A stretch of 60,662 bases of DNA, filler included, from Hausera hauseri (lineage: Eukaryota), in NCBI GenBank assembly GCA_046269625.1. It is 10 parts of 10 records of this genome, joined end to end, with 100 filler letters (N's around TTAATTAATTAA, not from the genome) between each part and the next. Parts side by side here need not be neighbours in the genome. Positions count along the whole stretch, not along the records: positions 51,291 to 56,078 come from JBJURY010435694.1; positions 56,179 to 60,662 come from JBJURY010558562.1; 8 more parts are not named here. One strand, written 5' to 3'. The first letter of the stretch is position 1, and the number at the start of each line of letters is the position of its first letter. Of this stretch, positions 53,234 through 60,662 are shown piece by piece. The notes under the pieces were generated by a model that had not been told where the DNA came from, searched no databases, and worked only from the letters and a program-made list of their open reading frames with translations. Made by a program: the position numbers and the translations under genes.

Positions 53234-53521
53234 ATGAACAGTACGTGCGCAATTTGTCCTGAGGAGAAGAACCGTTTCAATGCAAGATTAGCAACATGTA
53301 AAGATCATATATTCTGCATCGAATGTCTCAAAACCGGGATGCGATACAACAATGCTTGTTTAATTTGCAAGACAGAATGTAATTATGTTGTAGTCCAAGT
53401 TGACAATAGGCAGGTGATATATATCGCATTGGTGCTACTCGTGATAATTCATTTGAACGCTGATAAAAAGAGTGATGATGACACTGTTATTGAAGATAGT
53501 GATGTTACACAAGTGTTCTGA
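53234..53521 (+). CDS. Small C3HC4 RING-finger protein
   Basis: CAIC...C.DHIFCIEC.........CLIC, then a hydrophobic stretch and acidic tail. Intronless, with AAAATG start context. Confidence 0.7.
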   Translation: MNSTCAICPEEKNRFNARLATCKDHIFCIECLKTGMRYNNACLICKTECNYVVVQVDNRQVIYIALVLLVIIHLNADKKSDDDTVIEDSDVTQVF

Positions 53522-53556
53522 TTGTTCACAGTTATTTTAAAAAATCGCGCATGGCC

Positions 53557-54380
53557 TGGCATATCCCTTCTCTAGTTCCTATCTCTATCATGAGGATCAT
53601 GTCGTAATCCTATATGCTCCGCAGCATAATAACAGTATATCTCAACATTGCTACACAGCTCATCCTTGTAGCTGTAAAGAAACGAGCCAGATCCAATGCA
53701 TGGCTCTTTATCGTAATATCCCTGAAGCTCTCAAAGACATCCGTCAGCAGAACATCCGTCTTGAGGTATATATCGTTGTATTCTCCAATTGTCCTTCATT
53801 GAAATGTATGCCAGACATTTTTGGCATGCTGGTAATCCTCATCGCTTATATGGTTGTCCGACAGCTGGCTATAAAGGCCCTCTTTGTCCGTCAATGAGGT
53901 TACATCCAGTGTTTCCCATGAAGTTATATAGTCATAGAGAAATACTTCTTTTCTTTTGACTAAGTCAAATGTGTTTAGAAAGTGTTTTTTAGTTTCCTTT
54001 AGTTCGTCTACCAGAAGGTTCTTGACGAGGCTATCAAGAGACAAACTCACGAACCGGAAACTATCTATGAATCGGAGAATGATTTTACCCACATGCTTGG
54101 CAAAAGTGATGTGTTTTTCCACACTATTAGGGATCACTTCAATATTGTCATCAATGTTCCCAAGCTCTCTCACTATAAAATGGATGTCATACCCACTGAA
54201 ATTATGGAATATTATGGGTACATATGTCAACTTTTGCAACGCAGATTGCAATTTTTGCATGCGGCGTCTCGATATTTGTCTGTAAAATGGCAGTGATCAT
54301 GTACCCTGTAATTGCCCTTTGTGAATGATTTTTCACATAAGTAGCAGATTGTTGCCTTTCTCCATTCACATGTTTCTTTC
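53557..54380 (-). pseudogene. Second, inverted pPolB fragment
   Basis: IIFHNFSGYDIHFI, RFIDSFRF and YDYITSWE. Region 53557-53940 is a near-identical inverted copy of 51291-51673. Confidence 0.9.
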
Positions 54381-54563
54381 TGTGATATAAGCTTACCATC
54401 TGTGAAGAGGAATTTAAACGGATATTAATGTTTAAATTCAATTCAAAGTTAATGCAATAAATAGCCAATAGAAAGTCAGGAAATTCAGGAAAGGAGGAAA
54501 ATAAGACTCATTTAATGGGTGAAGAAAATAATTGTTATATGAAACTTTTATAATAAATATCTT

Positions 54564-56078
54564 ATGGATAATTCAATCTTACAATCATCAAGTGATGTGG
54601 AGGTCGGGATGGTAGAGACTCAATTGACTAACATGGCGATCAACGTTTCAAGAGACATCTTTGAGATGAAATTGATGCTGAGAGAATTCCAAAAAGGTGA
54701 CAATGTGGAAACCTTTATTGGAAAATGCGAGCGATACTTCGACTTCATAAAGATGTCGTAGACGGACCTGGAAACTGCGGTCCTGTGCCTGATAACGGAC
54801 GAAGCACAGGAAAAATACAATCTGGTGGACCAGAAGGTGAAAGGGTACCAAAACCGATTGAGAAAAGCATTTTCAAAACTCACAACGCTGTGCGGAGACA
54901 TGCATGAGGCCTTGAACTACAAAATGAGGGGGCAGAACCGGACGCCTACTTCAACAAAATTGTGCAATTGACGAAGAGCATTCTTAGCCACAAAGTAGCC
55001 CTTGAAACTCTAACAGAGGAATTGGTGATCCATTGTTGCGACAATCCAGAGATGAGAAAGGAAATATATGGCTGTGATGAAAAAAGCGTCGAACAAATCA
55101 AAGACAAAATACGGAAAGTCCACGAAGTTGCAACAAAGACGGAAGAGATAAACACAGTCAGAGAATACACTAGAGATGGTCGACGGAGTTATCGGGATAT
55201 GGTGGTGCACAAATTTGGAAAACCATGACATAAAAGGAAGCATGTCAAACTGCACAATACGCAGACAAAGAGCACGATGAAATGATGGTCGTGCCAAAAA
55301 GACGGGCATACAAGCAAGACGTACAAGCTCCAACATGCATCAATATTTTTTATTTGCAGGAAAGAAGGACACATTACAGGAATTGTCCGGAAAGGAAACC
55401 TATAATATGTTATGGGTGTGGTCAGCAAGGACACATAAGGCGAAATTGCATAAACAAAATTCAATTGATGTCACAATAGAGGGCACAGAGACGAAGAGTA
55501 TTATACAAAATTGGATAAGAGCATAAGAGGACAAAATACGTATACCGACAATTTTAAACGTGCGGGGTGTGGTCAGAAAAGATATGAAGAGAGAGTAAAC
55601 AGCAGGCATGCATACGTTGCAAATATTGACGAAGATTGTGAAGAATCCATCACAGAGTCGACAAACCCAAAAGTCAGAGCCTGGACAGAAGTGGAGCTAG
55701 TCAAGGCATTACATTAAACAACTCCAAAGGCTCCAAAAATATTGAAAGGAACGGACAAGGTAATGATGAAATAAAGGAAAGAACAGAGGAAAAGATACGG
55801 AGGTTCATAAAAAAGGAAATATTTGGGGACACAAGCAAAGAAGTACGATTTACAAAAAGTCAAAACAAGAGCCTCCATAAAAATAGGATTTTTTCCATGG
55901 AAGGACTGACGGAAAAGAATATCACGTACAATAAACTACAAGGACGGGCAGGTGTAAAAATAAAGGTACAAGATAGATGGGAAGACTGCCTATTGGACAC
56001 AGGGTGAACGTGATGAGTAGGAAAATTTTTGAAAGACTGATAGATGTTCAGCTAGAAAAATCAGATATCACGCTCCGT
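54564..56078 (+). pseudogene. LTR retrotransposon gag-protease, degenerate
   Basis: CCHC knuckle CYGCGQQGHIRRNC; protease CLLDTG at about 55985-56005. Confidence 0.75.
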
Positions 56079-57079
56079 NNNNNNNNNNNNNNNNNNNNNN
56101 NNNNNNNNNNNNNNNNNNNNNNTTAATTAATTAANNNNNNNNNNNNNNNNNNNNNNNNNNNNNNNNNNNNNNNNNNNNGAAAATTTCTTATTTGTTCAAA
56201 ATGAAATTTAAAGTTATGCAAGTGATTAAGGATGGAACAATTTTCTTTTGACAATTTTTTCTTTGTCTTCATCAAAAATTGAAACACAAATATATATCTA
56301 CTTATTGAAATTAATAATTTCCGAAATGGTGTATTGAATGATCTGACCAAAAACAATTATTCTCGGATTAAAGACAATTACTGATAGAACTGGATATCTT
56401 ATTTCTTTGGTGATCTTTATTTTTGACCAATAATAATCTGATCCATTTGTATATTCAATTTATAATGTACGTTTTATAATTATTATTTCTGTTCTTGGTT
56501 CGGATGTGATTATTTTTCAATGTCCAATGATCATGGTAAATCAACTATAAATACGTGATCATTTCATAACTTACATAAAAGTAACTTCTCTTAGACTCTG
56601 ATAAACTCAATGTTTAATTTAATTATATTTATTTTATGCTACACCTTTTCGTCGTTATTTGTCTTATATAATTAAAAAAATAACTATGTAACACATCATA
56701 AATAATGTGGTAGTGATTCCAACGTTCTGTTGGTCTGCATCCAAAATAGCCGAATAACGTGGAGACAAGAAAATCTTAGTAAAAAAAACGCTTATTTCAT
56801 TAATCCTTACACATTACCTATAGATTAAGGTAGATAAGAATTCTACAAAGGGTAACTCTTTTCTCTTGTTCACGCGCCAATTTAATCATCCACGATTATA
56901 ATAAATAGGTCTCCCATTTAAATTGACGGAGACTGAACAACAGGTGCTACGTTCCCGGATATAAGAAAATAATTTAAACATTTAGAAACTTAAAGGCTTT
57001 AAAATAACTAAATATCAAACGAACCGCGATACACCATGCCGACTAGAATATTTAGCTAACTTAAGTGAAGAAGAAACTG

Positions 57080-57600
57080 CGACGATGAATAATGATGCTA
57101 TCGTAGAGCAAGTGATACAATCAAAAGCTGATTTCATTCTACCTATAAAAAATTCTCTGGTAATGAGGATGTCCAAAATTTTACCATGGAATATGAAGTA
57201 TATTCTAAGAACTTTGGATGGAATGATGAGAATCACGTAGAGAGGTTACCTCTCCATCTTAAAGGTACAGCTCTAGCCATATATTTCCAAATGCCTGATG
57301 CCAACAAAGGTGGATGGAAGGCCGTTAAAGAAAAGTTGCCCCAAAACGTTTTTGGTTGAACCCACCTGAAAGGGGCGAATTGAAAAATTCATAAAAAGAA
57401 GGTAATGAAAAGACAAGTCAGTTCAAGAATTTGTTTGTATTAGAAAAACTGACTGAAAGAGCTCATCAAGACACTACTATACAAAATAATACCCTATTGG
57501 CTCAATTCCAAAATGGACTAGAAAAAAGTTCAGAACGATAATTTCTCAAGCTGATGCACTCACGTTCTAAGAAGCCATAAAGAAAACACGTAAAGCCGAA
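57080..57600 (+). pseudogene. Gypsy gag capsid remnant
   Basis: GWNDENHVERLPLHLKGTALAIY...WKAVKEKL; later AQFQNGL. Confidence 0.6.
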
Positions 57601-57789
57601 AAGGATTGTAAACTATGGAAATGGAATAAGCCAAGAACTTATAATAATAATAATAATCTTGATGGGCGAAAAAATAATAGTACGCAAAAGTATGAACGAC
57701 ATTAAAGAAATCGCAGCCCTTCTCACACCTCAGCTACAGAAGTTGAATAAGATGTAGAAAAGAAAGTAAAATTTAAGCTACAAATAAAA

Positions 57790-57943
57790 ATAAAAAGTGT
57801 CAAAAACAACTCATTGGCCTTGCCAACGCTCGTAATAAATGACTGAAACGAGAGGTCATGTACCAGCAAGACGGCGGATTCCTTGGTGAATTCTACCGCT
57901 TATTAAGTCATTACTAAGTGGAATCATTGGTGGAACAGTTTAG
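57790..57943 (+). pseudogene. Polinton small Q.GGFL-motif protein remnant
   Basis: MYQQDGGFLG followed by an amphipathic LPLIKSLLSGIIG (one frameshift), directly upstream of the integrase. Confidence 0.45.
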
Positions 57944-58086
57944 TATAAAGAATGACGGTAAGTATATAATGATTTGTGATATGGGTGCATGGTTTTCAAC
58001 TTTCTGTCCCAGTTTACCGATTCTTTCATTTACGTTTCGTTCGAATTGTTGTAATGCAAGCAAAAGTGACACCATCGACAACAATT

Positions 58087-59120
58087 ATGGGCGACGTGTG
58101 GTTCGATCCGCATCATCCCATCGGGTATACTGGCGTTGAAAAACTGGCAAAGACTGTCAAATAGACTCGGCAACAGAACCCGCGTTAGCTCACGAAGCAG
58201 TTAGCATACTGTCTAAGCAAACCGATAAGAAGGCGGTTTCAAACTCGTTCATACCGTGCTGCCGGTGTAAATAATGTATGGCGAATGGACCTAATGGAAA
58301 TGATTCTGTACATCAGAATCAACGATGGGTATCCGTACCTGCTGACATGTATTGATGCTTTTATCGTTTTGCACGTGTAATTGCTGTGAAATCTAAATCC
58401 GGTTAAGAGATTGCCAACGATGTTCAGACACTGTTACAACAACAACAGTCGAAGCATTTACAAACGGATTTGGGTAAGGAATTTTACAACGCCCACGTTG
58501 CAACGGTCTTGAAACACTTCGGCGTTAACCACTAATCGCTGTTTTCCCAATACCAAGCTTTAGTCGTTGAACGATTTAATCGCACATTGCGCTATCGCCG
58601 AAACAAATTCTTTACGAAGCAGAGAAACAAACGCTGGGTAGTTGTACTGCCGGATATTATTCATGCATGCAATCATTCGACACATCGTGGTATCAATGGA
58701 TTACGGCCGGTTGACGTAATCGATGATTTGGACATGCGGCTTTATCAACACCAACCGACAACAAGGACGTCAGTCAATGAAACGTCACCCAAAATATAAA
58801 ATCGGTGCTTACGTACGTATTTCGAAAATAAGTACGACGCCATTCATTAAGAATTTCAATCAGAACTGGAGCGACAAGGTTTTCCGCATTTCGGCAATCA
58901 ACACAAAACAAACACCAGTCATGTACGTTTTAGAAAATAAAAACGGCGAGGAAATACGCGGTAAATTCTACAAACAGGAACTGCAGGTACTGCCCGAGAA
59001 ACCCAATGTATATCGTATTGAGGAAATTCCACGTTCACATGGCAAAGGTTTGAATAAACAATATCTCGTCTAGTGGCACGGTTACACTGCACCGAGTGGA
59101 ATTTTTGCTTCAAATTCAAT
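58087..59120 (+). pseudogene. Polinton retroviral-type integrase with C-terminal chromodomain
   Basis: W.MDLMEM; YLLTCID; LQTDLGKEFYN; VERFNRTL; GAYVRISK; GKFYKQELQ; YRIEEI...YLV*WHGY. Confidence 0.9.
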
Positions 59121-60140
59121 GAGCAACAGCAGTATTTACTTGGTACTTAATAGTAAGAGATCATTATCAAAGCATGATGACAATGACAATACCGCTAAAC
59201 AGTTTACAATACATTTGGACCAACTGGTAGATTTACGCCAGAGAGCCTGGGAAGTGGCTTTGACGGAATTCACATATACATTTCCACCAATGAAAATACA
59301 TCAGAACAGTGGTATTTACTTTACCCGACAAGAAACATACCCTATTTCAAGTCGTTTGCGGACAATCCGACACAATAACTTATATACTCTTCGCAATTAT
59401 TCGCAAGAAAATTTGGTTTATGCTTATTTTTCAAACTACCGTATGAAACTAATGCATCGAAATCCCATTGAAATGCAGTTTAATTTTATGACTGATACTC
59501 AGGCATGGGGTTTTCAACCAGTCAATGTACACTCAAAACGTCTACGGCTAGGTGGACATGTTACAATTGGTGAAAAATTGGACCTTTCACTCAATGCGGA
59601 ATCTGATATTATAATAAAGTGGACTAAGTCAGAATCCGTCTTACGCTCATATATTATACCACATGATTTATTAATGGGAACGGAACTGGAATTGTGTGAA
59701 TAGGTCAAGAAAATGGCTACATTAGCCATAAAGATATGTGAAATAAATGTTACATATATTTAGCCTTTGACGAATTATTGGCTCGGAACCTGTTTTTCGA
59801 AACGCGAATTCTATCAAAACATTGTTGGACAATCTATTGTTGCCAAATACAAACCAAACTCTATGGAGCATTTCACCGAATAAACATTTCAACGAACTTA
59901 ACCAAATCTGTATTCGTTGATAAAGAACGTAAACAACTGCCGGCTTTTATCGAACTGGATTCTGACACGTAGAAAACATTGGGTGAAACTGTTCGCATTA
60001 ATATGCTCAGACCCATGTATTTATCATTGTCTCACAATATTATGCACAGTATTTCCGTGTATATGCTTCATGAATTTTGGGAACCAATTAAATTTCTGTT
60101 TGGGTCAACGACACTTGACGTTATATTTTTGACGTCGTCG
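59119..60140 (+). pseudogene. Polinton/adintovirus minor capsid (penton-like) gene, copy 1
   Basis: IYLVLNS.....DNTAKQFTIHL...VDL...WEVALTEF N-terminus. C-terminal PMYLSL....HSISVY.......PIKF..GST.L. Confidence 0.7.
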
Positions 60141-60195
60141 ATAATAACCAAACTGCGTCATCACCATCATCACCATAATCATCATCATCGAGATC

Positions 60196-60662
60196 ATGAG
60201 TATTTACATGGCGTTGCCGAGCAACAGTTGTCCGACGACTCGTCCGAATAATTCAGCCAGTGAATACGTTGTAGATTGAAACAATCCATTGGATTTACCT
60301 GGAAAATGGGAGGTTGCACTGACGGAATTTAACATTCCCTACGCACCGGTGACATTGAAAGGTAGTATGAAAATAACGTACAACAAGACAGTTACTGAAA
60401 CCAAAACACATTCTTGTCCTCTGACACTTACTAACAATAAAATAACAGTTGGAGAATCGGGCATTTGCACGACCGAAGCAAATTACGAATATATTCGGCA
60501 AGACCTGTTTTTATTTTAGATCAAAATTTACATTTTATGACAAATTTTGAATTTACTGTTACCTTTGAGTCCTCTGGGATGGCGAAGAAATTTGGATTCA
60601 AAAATACAGAGTACAAAGGTAAACATATTAAAAGTGAATATGTAGTTGGTCCAAGATTAAGT
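60196..60662 (+). pseudogene. Polinton/adintovirus minor capsid (penton-like) gene, copy 2, truncated by the window end
   Basis: MSIYMALPSNSCPTTRPNNSASEYVVD*NNPLDLPGKWEVALTEFNIP. Confidence 0.75.

Noticed and set aside
60159-60190. His-run ORF (59979-60251), and the CAG run at about 40275-40293
   Set aside because: Simple trinucleotide microsatellites; the His run lies between the two penton-like genes.

Overview
This window is not one locus. It is ten short eukaryotic (animal-like) contigs joined by artificial 100-bp linkers (N44-TTAATTAATTAA-N44): 1-5126, 5227-10056, 10157-15727, 15828-24172, 24273-28935, 29036-40001, 40102-44387, 44488-51190, 51291-56078 and 56179-60662. Most of it is mobile DNA: degenerate Ty3/Gypsy LTR elements, an intact Penelope-like element with an N-terminal GIY-YIG domain (Naiad/Chlamys type), a DD37E Tc1/mariner element, Polinton/adintovirus fragments (pPolB, integrase, two penton-like genes) and a probable EnSpm/CACTA element carrying a 5-exon C14orf93-like gene. 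Host genes are an intronless 3' part of BLTP1/KIAA1109 and a TRAF-type MATH domain. The best candidate for a new system is the minus-strand retroelement at 15828-24172. It places a chuvirus-like glycoprotein upstream of PR-RT-RH-IN. Downstream of IN it has a second membrane protein (signal-like segment, FN3-like motif, TM helix) ending in UGA-CAA-YUA inside a hairpin, in frame with a further ORF. The stop context, hairpin and reading frame are conserved in a diverged second copy at about 38200-39790. All family assignments come from motifs recognised by eye; no searches were run.
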